Below are positions 43,659 through 54,247 of a stretch of DNA of 64,000 nucleotides, one piece after another; position 1 is the first letter of the stretch, and each line of letters opens with the position of its first letter. The DNA comes from Gemella haemolysans (GTDB taxonomy: Bacteria; Bacillota; Bacilli; Staphylococcales; Gemellaceae). Position numbers and translations under genes: made by a program. The stretch lies in assembly GCF_032567735.1 (NCBI RefSeq), contig NZ_JAWHCX010000011.1; one strand, given 5' to 3'. The notes beneath the pieces were generated by a model. It was given only the letters and a program-made list of their open reading frames with translations, searched no databases and was not told the DNA's origin.

Positions 43659-44114
43659 ATGAAGATAGCATTAATTATTATTTTAGCAATAGCGATTTTT
43701 ATGTTCTTTTCAACTAGGAACAGTAAGTCAAAAGAAGAATGGGCAGAAAAACAAAAAGTTAGTAAAGAAAAATTTAATGAACTTGTGAAAGATAGCAATA
43801 GAGAAGAAGTACTTTCAGTAGTCGATGCTTCTAAAGGAGATATTCACAATGTTAAGATGATAAGAGATAGATATACAGATCTAGTACTTTATGATGCAAA
43901 AGCATTATGGGAAGCTGTAAAAGAAGATGCTTTAAACAGACATACATTACAAGTTAAAGAGTTAATTGCTAGCGATTATACTGATATAAAAGAAGTTGTT
44001 AATCCAGATGTTGGTGATATTGCAAATATTAAAATTATTAGAGAGCACTATGGTTTAGATTTAGTACAAGCAAAAGAACTATGGGATAGCATCAGAGATG
44101 AGGTTAAACAATAA
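43659..44114 (+). CDS. Small membrane-anchored protein with two L7/L12-C-terminal-like motifs
   Basis: 151 aa. An N-terminal TM, then GDIHNVKMIRDRYTDLVLYDAKALWEAV and GDIANIKIIREHYGLDLVQAKELWDSI. Confidence 0.45.
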   Translation: MKIALIIILAIAIFMFFSTRNSKSKEEWAEKQKVSKEKFNELVKDSNREEVLSVVDASKGDIHNVKMIRDRYTDLVLYDAKALWEAVKEDALNRHTLQVKELIASDYTDIKEVVNPDVGDIANIKIIREHYGLDLVQAKELWDSIRDEVKQ

Positions 44115-44140
44115 TATTTCAAGATATGAATAAAATTCAA

Positions 44141-44181
44141 CCCCAAGAGTTAGAATATACTAACTTTTGGGGTATTTTTTA
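44141..44181. terminator. Bidirectional terminator between 43659-44114 and the phosphoesterase gene
   Basis: CCCCAAGAGTTA-8 nt-TAACTTTTGGGG followed by TATTTTTT. Confidence 0.7.
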
Positions 44182-44185
44182 TATT

Positions 44186-45280
44186 TTATTTTCCTTCAAT
44201 AGTAATCAGCCATACTTCACTACGAGCTGAAGTTTTGAATGGTGGTCCCCAGAAACCATAACCTGCAGAAGTGAAGAAATGTTTACCATTAATCTTCGCG
44301 TAGCCATGATCTAGGGTATAAACTACATCTGTGATGAAGTTTAACGGCCATAGTTGTCCGCGGTGAGTATGCCCAGAAAGCTGAATATCTATAGGTAAGG
44401 TAGCGTGATAATCGACAGCGTCTGGCTGATGATCGACAAGAACGATAGTCTTATTTAAATCAACGTTCTTAAGCAGGTCAGAGGTATCCAGTCTATCGCG
44501 ACTGACACTCTTATCTTTACGACCAACTAGAGTTATATCGTTATTAAGTGTGATGCTTTCATCAAATAGTGGGATTATCCCTGTCTTCTTAACCTCGTTT
44601 ACTATTTCTAGTGCGTCACGGTCGTGATTTCCCATTGTAGTATAAACACCTAGTGGAGCTTTTAGCTTACTTAGATTTTCTTGCATGTTGCGTTTTTTGT
44701 ACATAACCATATCATCGTCCATAAGGTCTCCTGCGATAACTATAGCATCTGGCTTCTCTTCATCAACAATCTTATTCAGTTTCTCAAGTTGAGGATTTGA
44801 GAAAAATGTTCCAAGATGAAGATCGGATACCATGGCGATTTTAATAGGTTTTTCAATGTGTTTATCTACCTTGATAGTCTTATTAATAACAGTGGGTGAG
44901 TACGCCCAAAATAATCCTAGAGCAGTCATGCCTAATAAATATAGAGTAGTTATACTTAAACTAATTCCTTGTGAAAGATTTAATTTAAAGATTTTTAGTA
45001 ATAACTTAGCAACTAATAAGATAACACCTATGACAGCACCGTTTAGGAAGTAGAAGTACCAGATGTTTCCATAATTTACCCACGGTGCGCCTAATCTTAA
45101 CATATAAGCTATAATAGAAAAGTTAGCAGCTATAAATAGTACGACACCAATAGCCAATTTAACCTTAGGGGGAACAAAAGGTGAAATCATCCATTTTAGA
45201 CCTAGCCACATCAGGAATACAAGTATTTCATATACTGCGAATACCCCGATGAAACCAGCGATAAATTTCCAATTATTCAA
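44186..45280 (-). CDS. Membrane-bound metallophosphoesterase
   Basis: 364 aa (TTG start). Four N-terminal TMs followed by the calcineurin-like motifs MVSDLHLG, GDLMDD, GNHD and GHTHRGQ. Confidence 0.75.
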   Translation of the reverse strand: MNNWKFIAGFIGVFAVYEILVFLMWLGLKWMISPFVPPKVKLAIGVVLFIAANFSIIAYMLRLGAPWVNYGNIWYFYFLNGAVIGVILLVAKLLLKIFKLNLSQGISLSITTLYLLGMTALGLFWAYSPTVINKTIKVDKHIEKPIKIAMVSDLHLGTFFSNPQLEKLNKIVDEEKPDAIVIAGDLMDDDMVMYKKRNMQENLSKLKAPLGVYTTMGNHDRDALEIVNEVKKTGIIPLFDESITLNNDITLVGRKDKSVSRDRLDTSDLLKNVDLNKTIVLVDHQPDAVDYHATLPIDIQLSGHTHRGQLWPLNFITDVVYTLDHGYAKINGKHFFTSAGYGFWGPPFKTSARSEVWLITIEGK

Positions 45281-45316
45281 TATTAATTCTCCTTTAATCT
45301 ATTTAATAACAAATGT

Positions 45317-45492
45317 AAGGGAGTGACTCAAAAATCATGATTTCGGAGAAATAAGATTTTGTAGAGTTACCCCCGCACAGTTTATTAGATATCTAAAAAG
45401 CTTTTATAAAGTGAATTTAGATATCAATAAACCACTGCGTCTATGAATTATCATATACACTTTTTTAAAATTTAGGACTTTTGGGTCAGCCC
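45317..45492 (+). repeat. ~170-nt multi-hairpin MITE-like intergenic repeat, copy A
   Basis: GGGAGTGACTCAAAAATC...CCCCCGCACAGTTTATTAGATATC...GATATCAATAAACCACTGCGTCTATGAA...GGACTTTTGGGTCAGCCC. It aligns by eye with the reverse complements of copies B and C. Confidence 0.8.
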
Positions 45493-45571
45493 TAACAGAG
45501 TGCTTTTCATTATACATTATGTAGCTTAAATTGTCATTAAATTAGGTTGGTAAGGAGATGAGATAAATTAA

Positions 45572-45610
45572 AAGAAAAAAAACAAAAAGCCGTCATTGCG
45601 ACAGCTTTTT
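45572..45610 (-). terminator. Rho-independent terminator of sodA
   Basis: The minus strand reads AAAAGCTGTC-GCAAT-GACGGCTTTT followed by TGTTTTTTTT. Confidence 0.7.
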
Positions 45611-45624
45611 GCTTATCTATGTAA

Positions 45625-46251
45625 TTATTTACCTAATTTTTCTAAGTGTTTAGCTAGGCGTTCGTTAACGAAATCCCAGTTTACAACACGGAAGAATTCT
45701 TTAATGTAGTCTGGACGACGGTTTTGGTAGTTTAAGTAGTAAGCGTGTTCCCAAACGTCTAGTCCAAGGATTGGAGTAAGACCTGTTAAGTATGGAGAGT
45801 CTTGGTTAGCTGTAGAAGTAACAACTAATTTACCTTCTTTATCTAAAGCTAGCCATGCCCAACCACTACCGAATCTTGTAGCAGCTGCAGCTGAGAAACT
45901 CTTAACGAATTCCTCGTATCCACCAAGTTCAGCTTCAACTTTTTCTTTTACTAATCCAGCGAATTCAGAAGAATCTGCTTTAGTTAGAGATTTCCAGAAT
46001 AGGCTGTGGTTGTGGTGTCCACCACCGTTGTTGATAACAGCTTGACGGATGTCAGCAGGTACGTTATCGATGTTTTTTAATAAACCGCAGATGCAGTTAG
46101 CTTCGAATTCTGGGTGTTTTTCTAAAGCTGCGTTTAAGTTGTTAACGTAAGCAGCGTGATGTTTGTCGTGGTGAATTTCCATAGTTTTAGCGTCGATAAC
46201 TGGTTCTAAGAAATCGAATCCATAAGGTAATTCAGGTAATTTAAATGTCAT
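45625..46251 (-). CDS. sodA: Mn/Fe superoxide dismutase
   Basis: 208 aa. LPELPY....LEP.ID..TMEIHHDKHH..YV.NLN and the C-terminal D.WEHAYYL.YQNRRPDY. Confidence 0.95.
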   Translation of the reverse strand: MTFKLPELPYGFDFLEPVIDAKTMEIHHDKHHAAYVNNLNAALEKHPEFEANCICGLLKNIDNVPADIRQAVINNGGGHHNHSLFWKSLTKADSSEFAGLVKEKVEAELGGYEEFVKSFSAAAATRFGSGWAWLALDKEGKLVVTSTANQDSPYLTGLTPILGLDVWEHAYYLNYQNRRPDYIKEFFRVVNWDFVNERLAKHLEKLGK

Positions 46252-46672
46252 AGTAATAATCCTCCTGGGGTTTTTATAAATATATAATAATTATAAGAAA
46301 AATATTAAAAATAAACAACAAAAATGCTTACAAAAAATTTTTTTCCCAAGTAAAAACTATTTTAGTAGAAGTTATAACAACTAATTTAAATTAACTAAAC
46401 ACTGAAAATAATGGATTTCGAATAAGATATGGTGAGTCTATAGTATTATTTAAATTTTTATAATATACACTCCTAAGTTTTATAATTTTTAATAGCTATC
46501 TATGGACTAATTCATGAAAATTTTATACAATAGTATTTGCATGAATTATTTTAATCATGATAGGAAATATATGTCTGTTAGACTTTAATTTTTAATAGTT
46601 TAATAGTATAATTATAGTTGGAAAAAATTGTATAGATGAATGATTCGAATTTTAATCGAAAGGAATTTTATA

Positions 46673-47842
46673 ATGAAAATAGGAATAGATAAAATTGGTT
46701 TTGCAATGCCAAATTATTATTTAGATATTCGAGATTTAGCTGAAGCGCGTGGAATAGAACCAGATAAATTTACAAAAGGTTTATTACAACTTGAAATGAG
46801 TATTCCTCTGGTATCTCAAGATATCGTAACTCTTGGGGCACAAGCTGCATATGAAATATTAGATAAAGATGATTTAGAAAAAATTGACATGATTATCGTA
46901 GGAACTGAGTCTGGAATCGACCAAAGTAAGGCTTCTGCGGTATTTATTCACGGTCTTTTAGATATTCAACCATTTGTACGTGCTATTGAAGTAAAAGAAG
47001 CATGTTACGGGGCAACAGCAGCATTAGATTTTGCAAAAAATCATGTAATGAATAATCCAGAATCAAAAGTACTAGTTATAGCTAGTGATATAGCGAAGTA
47101 TGGAGTTAAATCATCTGGTGAATCGACACAAGGTGCAGGAAGTTGTGCGATGTTAGTTAGCAGCAACCCTAGAATATTAGAGCTTAACAACGATAACGTT
47201 TGTTTAACTCGTGATGTTATGGACTTTTGGCGTCCTAATTACTCGCACTATGCTTTTGTAGAAGGAAGATTCTCAACAGAACAATACCTTGATTGTTTAA
47301 CAACTACATGGGGAAGATTCTCTGAAAAGTCGAAACAGAATCTTAATGATTTTTCTGCAGTATGTCTACACTTACCATATCCTAAATTAGGATTAAAAGG
47401 TCTAAGTTTATTATTAGAACAAGCTAAAGAAGATAAAAAAGAAGAATTACTTGCTCGTTTTAATGAGTCTATTTTATATAGTCAACGTGTAGGTAACATT
47501 TATACAGGATCACTATTCTTGGGACTGTTATCTTTACTTGAGAACAATACTACTTTAGAAGCGGGTAATAAGATTGCATTATATAGCTACGGAAGTGGTG
47601 CTGTTGCGGAAGTATTTAGTATGACTTTAGTTGATGGTTATAGAGAACAACTAAGAAATAATCGTTTTGACGATTTTGACAGTAGAACACGTATTTCAAT
47701 TGATGAATATGAGAAAATGTTCTTTAGAGATACTACAGTTGATGAAGAAGGAAACCTAGATATTTCTGATATTCAAGATGGAAGCAGATTTGTTTTAGAA
47801 AAAATTGAAAATCACAAGAGAGTTTATAAAAAACAATTTTAA
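46673..47842 (+). CDS. mvaS: Hydroxymethylglutaryl-CoA synthase
   Basis: MKIGIDKIGFAMPNYYLD...; catalytic region EACYGATAAL; C-terminal YSYGSGAVAE. ATG 46673 is preferred to the upstream ATG at 46640. Confidence 0.9.
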   Translation: MKIGIDKIGFAMPNYYLDIRDLAEARGIEPDKFTKGLLQLEMSIPLVSQDIVTLGAQAAYEILDKDDLEKIDMIIVGTESGIDQSKASAVFIHGLLDIQPFVRAIEVKEACYGATAALDFAKNHVMNNPESKVLVIASDIAKYGVKSSGESTQGAGSCAMLVSSNPRILELNNDNVCLTRDVMDFWRPNYSHYAFVEGRFSTEQYLDCLTTTWGRFSEKSKQNLNDFSAVCLHLPYPKLGLKGLSLLLEQAKEDKKEELLARFNESILYSQRVGNIYTGSLFLGLLSLLENNTTLEAGNKIALYSYGSGAVAEVFSMTLVDGYREQLRNNRFDDFDSRTRISIDEYEKMFFRDTTVDEEGNLDISDIQDGSRFVLEKIENHKRVYKKQF

Positions 47843-47853
47843 TAGAGGGAACT

Positions 47854-49122
47854 ATGGAAAAAATTTGGAGTGGATTTTATAAGAAAAATATTGATGAACG
47901 CTTAGAAGTTATTGAACAAGCTGATATTTTAAGTAAGGAGCATTTTGAACTTCTTAAAAATAATGAAGTTTTAAACTTTGATACGGCTAATAACATGGTA
48001 GAGAATGTAATAGGAACTTTCTCATTACCTTTTAGCGTTGTGCCAAATTTTACTGTTGATGGAAAACAGTATGTAGTACCATTTGTTACAGAAGAACCAT
48101 CGGTAGTTGCTGCTTGTAGTAATGCTGGGAAGATAGTAGCGAAATCGGGTGGTTTCAAAACAGAAATCCTTGATAGAAAAATGATTGGTCATGTTGCGTT
48201 ATACGATATAGCAGATACTAGCTTAGCTGTGGAAAGTATATTACAGAGTAAAGAACTTCTTTTAAAAACGGCTAACGAAGCATATCCATCTATCGTAGCT
48301 CGTGGTGGTGGAGCTTGTGATATTGAGGTCAAAGTTCTATCAGAAGAAGGTGTAGATTTCGTAGTTGTTTACCTTATCGTCGATACTTTAGAGGCGATGG
48401 GAGCCAATATGCTTAACACAATGCTAGAAGCTCTTAAAGTTTCGTTAGAATCATTAACTGAGGGTGTGGCTCTTATGGCGATTTTATCAAATTATGCGAC
48501 ACGTTCACTAGTTACAGCAAAATGTTCTATTCCATTTGGAAATTTAGGAGAAAATGGAGAGTATCTTGCGAAAAGAATCGAACTGGCTAGTAGATTTGCT
48601 AAAGCTGATGTTTATCGAGCAGCTACTCACAACAAGGGTATCTTCAATGGTATCGATAGTGTCGTAATAGCTAGTGGAAATGACTGGCGAGCTATAGAAG
48701 CGGCATGTCAAAGCTACGCAGCTAAAGACGGTAAGTACCAAGGACTTTCTACTTGGCGTTGTGATGAAGAGGCTAAGGTGCTTTTAGGAGAAATTACATT
48801 ACCAATGCCGGTTGCTAGCGTAGGTGGCTCTATTGGAATTAATCCAACTGTAAAAGTAGCCAGAGGATTATTAGAAAATCCAGACGCGAAAACATTAGCG
48901 AGTATACTTGTTTCTGTCGGGTTAGCTCAAAACTTAGCGGCATTAAAAGCGTTGGTAGGAGACGGAATTCAAAAAGGTCATATGAAGTTACATGCTAAAT
49001 CTCTAGCGATTTTAGCAGGGGCTACTAATGAAAATATTGAATCAGTTGTAGAAGAGTTAAGAAAAGAAAAACATATGAATTTAGCTAGTGCTAAAAAAAT
49101 AGTAGAGAAATACAATAAATAA
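47854..49122 (+). CDS. mvaA: Class II hydroxymethylglutaryl-CoA reductase
   Basis: 422 aa with the blocks EEPSVVAA, DAMGANM.NT and GIQKGHMKLHA. Confidence 0.9.
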   Translation: MEKIWSGFYKKNIDERLEVIEQADILSKEHFELLKNNEVLNFDTANNMVENVIGTFSLPFSVVPNFTVDGKQYVVPFVTEEPSVVAACSNAGKIVAKSGGFKTEILDRKMIGHVALYDIADTSLAVESILQSKELLLKTANEAYPSIVARGGGACDIEVKVLSEEGVDFVVVYLIVDTLEAMGANMLNTMLEALKVSLESLTEGVALMAILSNYATRSLVTAKCSIPFGNLGENGEYLAKRIELASRFAKADVYRAATHNKGIFNGIDSVVIASGNDWRAIEAACQSYAAKDGKYQGLSTWRCDEEAKVLLGEITLPMPVASVGGSIGINPTVKVARGLLENPDAKTLASILVSVGLAQNLAALKALVGDGIQKGHMKLHAKSLAILAGATNENIESVVEELRKEKHMNLASAKKIVEKYNK

Positions 49123-49551
49123 CGTTTAAGAGAGATTAGGATTTCTAGTCTCTCTTAATTTAATAACTTGAGTATAATGTATAGTTTTTATAGATGAGTC
49201 TAAAAAAGATTAATAAATTTAAATCATAAAAACTGTTTGAAAAGACTAGGGAAATCTATTTATAGTAGAAATATTTAAATAACAAATAGAAATTACTGTT
49301 GTTATAATATTTTTTATTGTTGTACAAACGTAGTGGGAATACTGTTTCTATCAACTTTTAACTCTGTTTCATGATAAATAATAAAATTTTTTTTAAATTT
49401 GTGAGCAGTTACTTTGATTAATAATTAAAAATGATATATTATATAAAATATAGAAATTAACAAATTAATATCTATGAAAAATATTTAAAGAAAAGTATAT
49501 TTAATTTCGATTTATAGAAAAATTGATAGGTAATATACAGGAGGCAAAATT

Positions 49552-49743
49552 ATGTCATTAGAAAACAAATTCGAAGAAATCAAAGGATCAGTTAAAGAAG
49601 GTTTAGGAAAATTAACTGGAGATAAATCATTAGAAGGTGAAGGTTTAGCAGAACAAGTAGTTTCTAAAGTAAAAGAAGCTGCAGAAGGTGCTAAAGATGC
49701 AGTAGAAGGCGCTATCGACAGCGTTAAAGACAAATTAAAATAA
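49552..49743 (+). CDS. CsbD-family general stress protein
   Basis: 63 aa. [30 protein letters not shown] fits the CsbD pattern. AGGAGG lies upstream. Confidence 0.8.
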   Translation: MSLENKFEEIKGSVKEGLGKLTGDKSLEGEGLAEQVVSKVKEAAEGAKDAVEGAIDSVKDKLK

Positions 49744-49819
49744 GACGAATGTTTATTGAATTCTTTTGTTAGGATATAAATAAATTCAAGTAGAATAAAA
49801 TTTAGTATTCTTATAGTAA

Positions 49820-49863
49820 AGGCAACTGACTAAAGTAGAACTTAAGTCGGTTGCCTGTTTTTA
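49820..49863 (+). terminator. Rho-independent terminator of the csbD-like gene
   Basis: AGGCAACTGACT-13 nt-AGTCGGTTGCCT followed by GTTTTTAT. Confidence 0.75.
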
Positions 49864-49956
49864 TATTATTTTAATAAAGTGGCTCCGCTGGATATTGATT
49901 TTAGCTTAACGCCAAAAAAACATCGCCATGTGAAATGACGATGTTCTTATGTTCTT

Positions 49957-50838
49957 TTAATATAATTCGAATTTTTCTACGTAGTACATTGTTCTATTAG
50001 CTCCGCTAGTATAATTTTTATTGTTCAAGCGAAGTGTCATCATACCTACAGGTTTTCTTGTAGCAACATTTACGTATGGGATAAGAACTCTATCACCTTT
50101 AATATCCCATTTTTCTACTGGCATAAAGATTGCATCAGTAGCACCACCGTAGCCAATATCACTTTTTGCTAGGAATACTTGATCTTTTGCGAAGTATACT
50201 ACTTTATTTTTGTGATTCATTAATTTTTCTAAGTTTTCTTTATTGTAATCAGCAACATGGTTGTTTAATTGTACAAATTCAATTTCTTTATCGTTTTGTA
50301 ATCTTTGTAATACATCTTGTTTTTGGAATGTTTGAGCATTATATGTATTTAGTAAATCCAATACTTTAGTTAAGTTTATTTGTTTTACTACATTGTCGCT
50401 ACCATCATTACTAGCGATGTATCTTACAACATTTGCAGTGCTACTTCCTTGTAAGTTTAACATTCCATAAGCCATAGGTTGTAAAATTTCTCCTGCTTTG
50501 GCTAAATCATGTTTATAAGCTTGAGTATTACTGTTTTGAATATTTTGTTTAGAAGGAGTAGTTACTTTTGTTGTAACTTTTTTATTTATACCATTATTAG
50601 TATTGTTATTATCTTTAATATTGTTGTTATTGTTGTTATTTTCAACTTGCGTAACACGTTCAACTTCTTTTTGCAAATTAGCTAAAGAAGTTGGGTTTTC
50701 TTCTGTTGTTTTCACTTCAGTAGTGATAGTATCATTAGTATCTACTTTTTTTGCTACTTTATCTGTACATCCTGTTAATAATCCAATTCCTAAAATAAAT
50801 ATACCTGTTGTTTTTAGAAGTTTGTTCATGTTATTCAC
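49957..50838 (-). CDS. Lipoprotein of unknown function with an Asn-rich linker
   Basis: 293 aa. Lipobox LLTGC and a low-complexity NNNNNNNIKDNNNTNN tract. I recognise no domain. Confidence 0.5.
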   Translation of the reverse strand: MNNMNKLLKTTGIFILGIGLLTGCTDKVAKKVDTNDTITTEVKTTEENPTSLANLQKEVERVTQVENNNNNNNIKDNNNTNNGINKKVTTKVTTPSKQNIQNSNTQAYKHDLAKAGEILQPMAYGMLNLQGSSTANVVRYIASNDGSDNVVKQINLTKVLDLLNTYNAQTFQKQDVLQRLQNDKEIEFVQLNNHVADYNKENLEKLMNHKNKVVYFAKDQVFLAKSDIGYGGATDAIFMPVEKWDIKGDRVLIPYVNVATRKPVGMMTLRLNNKNYTSGANRTMYYVEKFELY

Positions 50839-51056
50839 CTTCTTTTTTGTATAACTTCTTTATATTTATATTATACATTTAAAAATTACAAAAATCAATC
50901 TTTTGTTACAAAAATATTACATTTATATTACGAATAAATTTAAGAAGTGTTACAAAAGTGGAATTTTAATAAATATAATCTTGTGTAGACAATATTTGAA
51001 TAACGTTAGTTTTTATAGTAAAATATACTAGAAAATTAAAATAGGAGAAAAAATAC

Positions 51057-52235
51057 ATGAATAGAGTTGCTATTGTAAGTGCAAAAAGAACTGCTATAGG
51101 AAGTTTTGGAGGGAGTTTAAAAGATATTTCTGCTGCGAAAATCGGTGGAGAGCTTGTGAAACAATCATTAGAAGGTATAAATCTTGATCCAAATCTAGTT
51201 GATGAAATAATATTTGGTAATGTTTTGCAGACTGGTTTAGGACAAAATGTAGCACGTCAAATCGCAGTTAATGCAGGTATTCCAAAAGAAAAAAGCGCCT
51301 TTGTTGTAAATAAAGTTTGTGGATCAGGACTGAAAAGTGTTGTTCTTGGGGTACAATCAATATTATTAGGGGATAATGATGTAGTAGTTTGTGGTGGTGT
51401 TGAGAACATGAGTGCAGCACCGCATTATACAAAGAATGCTCGTTTTGGACAAAAATTAGGTAGTTTTGAATTAGAAGATACTATAATAAACGATGGACTT
51501 ACAGATGCTTTTGAAAACTATCATATGGGTATTACTGCCGAAAATATTGCAGAACAATACAATATAACAAGAGAAGAGCAAGATGAATTTGCTCTTTCAA
51601 GTCAGGAAAAAGCAGCGACAGCTATTGAAAACAATCAGTTTACTAACGAAATAGCCCCGATAGTTATTAAAACTAGACGAGAAGAAATTATTTTTGACAC
51701 AGATGAATTTGTTCGTCCGAATACAACATTAGAAAGTTTAGCTAAATTACGACCAGCTTTCAAAAAAGATGGAACTGTAACAGCAGGAAATGCATCAGGG
51801 ATTAACGATGGTGCAGCATGTGTTATTTTAATGAGTGAAGCTCGTGCAAAAGAACTAGGATTAGAAGCTCTTGCTTATATTGATGGTTATGCTTCGGCAG
51901 GATTAGATAATAAGGTGATGGGCTTAGGTCCAGTTCCAGCAACGCAAAAAGTACTAGAAAAATTAAGTTTAAACATAGAAGATATAGATTTATTTGAAAT
52001 GAATGAAGCTTTTGCTGCTCAATCTATAGCTGTAACTCGTCTACTAAATCTAGATCAAAACAAAGTAAATACGCGTGGAGGAGCTATTTCGCTAGGACAT
52101 CCAATCGGAGCTAGTGGATGCCGAATTTTAGTTACTTTAGTTCATGCATTAATCAATGATAATAAGAAAAAAGGTGTCTGTTCCCTTTGTATAGGAGGAG
52201 GACAAGGGATAGCTATGGTGATTTCTAGAAACTAA
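51057..52235 (+). CDS. Acetyl-CoA C-acetyltransferase (thiolase II)
   Basis: 392 aa. Active-site blocks VNKVCGSGLK, NEAFAAQ and GGAISLGHPIGASGCRI, plus C-terminal CIGGGQGIA. Confidence 0.9.
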   Translation: MNRVAIVSAKRTAIGSFGGSLKDISAAKIGGELVKQSLEGINLDPNLVDEIIFGNVLQTGLGQNVARQIAVNAGIPKEKSAFVVNKVCGSGLKSVVLGVQSILLGDNDVVVCGGVENMSAAPHYTKNARFGQKLGSFELEDTIINDGLTDAFENYHMGITAENIAEQYNITREEQDEFALSSQEKAATAIENNQFTNEIAPIVIKTRREEIIFDTDEFVRPNTTLESLAKLRPAFKKDGTVTAGNASGINDGAACVILMSEARAKELGLEALAYIDGYASAGLDNKVMGLGPVPATQKVLEKLSLNIEDIDLFEMNEAFAAQSIAVTRLLNLDQNKVNTRGGAISLGHPIGASGCRILVTLVHALINDNKKKGVCSLCIGGGQGIAMVISRN

Positions 52236-52372
52236 TTATATGATTTATATAAATATATATTTATAAGAAAAGCTGAATATCTTATTAAAATTAAAGTTAT
52301 TTATAAAAATAATTGTTTATTAGTGAAGAAAGTGTTAAAATAGATAAGTGATTATTTTTAAGGAGAAATATT

Positions 52373-53005
52373 GTGAATAAATTCATAAAAGAACATGGAC
52401 AAGTTATTTTGTGGTTTATATTTCTAGTGTTTATGATAATATCACTTAGTATGGTTTTTACACATGGCATTAGATATGCAGTAATAGTATTTGTACTAAG
52501 TTTTATATTATTATGTCCACCTATTGTAAAATTAATTCAACGTAAAACACGATTGAAAAAAGTAGTGTTAGGTGTTGTAAGTGCACTTGTAATGATGCTA
52601 ACTATGTTAATGACGAATCATTTCAGTGAAGCTAGAAAAGAAGAACAAAGAAAAACTTTCCAAGAGAAAAAAGAAGAACGTGATAAAAAATTAGAAGAAC
52701 AGTCTTCAGAAGAGAAGAAAGAAGACAACTCTGATGAAAACAAAGAACAACAACAAATTCTTTCGTCTCCTGCATCTAAGAAAAAAATTGATGAACAGGA
52801 TGGAACGAAAAATGAGACTGTTCAATTAGCTCAAACTCACCAAAATCAACAACAACCGAAAAAAGTAGTTGTAAGAGCTAGTAAAAAGAGTGGATATTAT
52901 TATACACCGACACATCCTTCTTATAACAACGTTGCGGCAAGAAATCTATTAGTCTTCAATTCAGAAGAAGCTGCTCAAAGAGCAGGATATAGAAGAGCTG
53001 CATAA
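52373..53005 (+). CDS. Hypothetical membrane protein with a Lys/Glu-rich linker and a short conserved-looking C-terminal motif
   Basis: 210 aa, GTG start 8 nt after AAGGAG, three N-terminal TMs. The tail SGYYYTPTHPSYNNVAARNLLVFNSEEAAQRAGYRRA resembles Cys-less Ada-like / sunset-type tails. This comes from memory and is weak. Confidence 0.4.
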   Translation: MNKFIKEHGQVILWFIFLVFMIISLSMVFTHGIRYAVIVFVLSFILLCPPIVKLIQRKTRLKKVVLGVVSALVMMLTMLMTNHFSEARKEEQRKTFQEKKEERDKKLEEQSSEEKKEDNSDENKEQQQILSSPASKKKIDEQDGTKNETVQLAQTHQNQQQPKKVVVRASKKSGYYYTPTHPSYNNVAARNLLVFNSEEAAQRAGYRRAA

Positions 53006-53007
53006 AA

Positions 53008-53039
53008 AAATCTCAGACATTTATTGTCTGGGATTTTTT
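53008..53039 (+). terminator. Rho-independent terminator of 52373-53005
   Basis: AAATCTCAGACA-5 nt-TGTCTGGGATTT followed by TTTG. Confidence 0.7.
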
Positions 53040-53417
53040 GTTTAAACATAGAAATAATATAAAATAAAAAAACGTGTTTGGGGAACACGTTTTTTTAGTG
53101 AACTAAATTAAGTTCTAAGCAATTTCTTGCTTGTTTATATCTAATCTTATATACAAATAACAAAAGAGTCTCTCAACTCTTTAAAGGGAGAATGGCTTGC
53201 CTAGGGAGCGACAAGCCACATTATGAAAAAAATTAAAAAGTTTTATTATCTGTTAATATCATAAAGAATTAACCGAAATATTGGTTTAAACAAAAATAAT
53301 TTCAAACTTAAAAGGGAGAAACGACAAGTGTCGTTAAGAATGAAATATTATTACTTTTGTTTAGGTAATTATTATATACCCGCTACTTAAAATATACTTA
53401 AAATTTTATAAGTTTTT

Positions 53418-54104
53418 CTAAAAAAATGAAATTTGTTCACTTGTTTTCATTTTTAATTCAAAATTTATAGTTTCTCTACCATTTTCAGCTAAATAACTAT
53501 TAATTTGAGAGAAGACTTTGCTTCCAAAAAAGCCACGGTATGCGGATAGTGGACTCGGATGAGCTGATTCAATAATTTTGTGTTTTGAAGGATCAATTAG
53601 TTTATTTTTGTTTCTTGCATAAGCTCCCCATAAAACAAAAACTACATTTTCATTTTTTTCTGAAATATTTTCAATTATGTAATCCGTAAAATTTTCCCAG
53701 CCCAGTTTACTATGACTTGCTGGAGAATTTTTTTCTACTGTTAGAACAGCATTTAGTAAAAATACACCTTGATTGAACCAAGATTCTAGGTTTCCTGTTT
53801 TTGCTGGTTTAATACCTAGGTCATCGTGTAGTTCTTTATAGATATTTATTAAACTTTTAGGTAGTGGAACATCATCGTTTACCGAAAAACTTAAACCACA
53901 GGCTTGATCAGGATTGTGATAAGGGTCTTGTCCTAATATTACGACTTTAATATCTTCTAATGGTAGATCAAAAACTCTAAAAACTTGTTCCTTTGGTGGA
54001 TAGATAGTTTTAGTAAGACGTTGTTCATCAATTTCTTTTATCATGTTATTTAATTCATCTATTTTTGGATAATTATTGAATATTTCTTCCCAACTGCTGT
54101 GCAT
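53418..54104 (-). CDS. ung: Uracil-DNA glycosylase
   Basis: 228 aa with the motifs VVILGQDPYH, GVFLLN and HPSPLSA. Confidence 0.9.
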   Translation of the reverse strand: MHSSWEEIFNNYPKIDELNNMIKEIDEQRLTKTIYPPKEQVFRVFDLPLEDIKVVILGQDPYHNPDQACGLSFSVNDDVPLPKSLINIYKELHDDLGIKPAKTGNLESWFNQGVFLLNAVLTVEKNSPASHSKLGWENFTDYIIENISEKNENVVFVLWGAYARNKNKLIDPSKHKIIESAHPSPLSAYRGFFGSKVFSQINSYLAENGRETINFELKMKTSEQISFF

Positions 54105-54247
54105 ATAAAACTCCTTTGAATAACTACTTGTTATAAAAGTATAACATAGTTAAATTGTTATTAAAATAGTTCTGATTGAACTTGTCTAGGACATAAGTGT
54201 TTTGAGTATGATATAATGTTATTAACAAATACTCAGGAGGAATATGT

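Noticed and set aside
53041-53417. A 377-bp non-coding stretch downstream of ung. It has a strong hairpin (53068-53097) and two similar motifs, TTAAAGGGAGAA plus a hairpin (TGGCTTG..CAAGCCA at about 53206 and AACGAC-AAGT-GTCGTT at about 53318). I wondered about an sRNA or tiny ORFs.
   Set aside because: The possible ORFs (14 and 20 codons) have poor spacing to the GGGAG or no supporting features. I recognise no known RNA family. The region may simply be a long ung 3' UTR, and the evidence is insufficient for a call.
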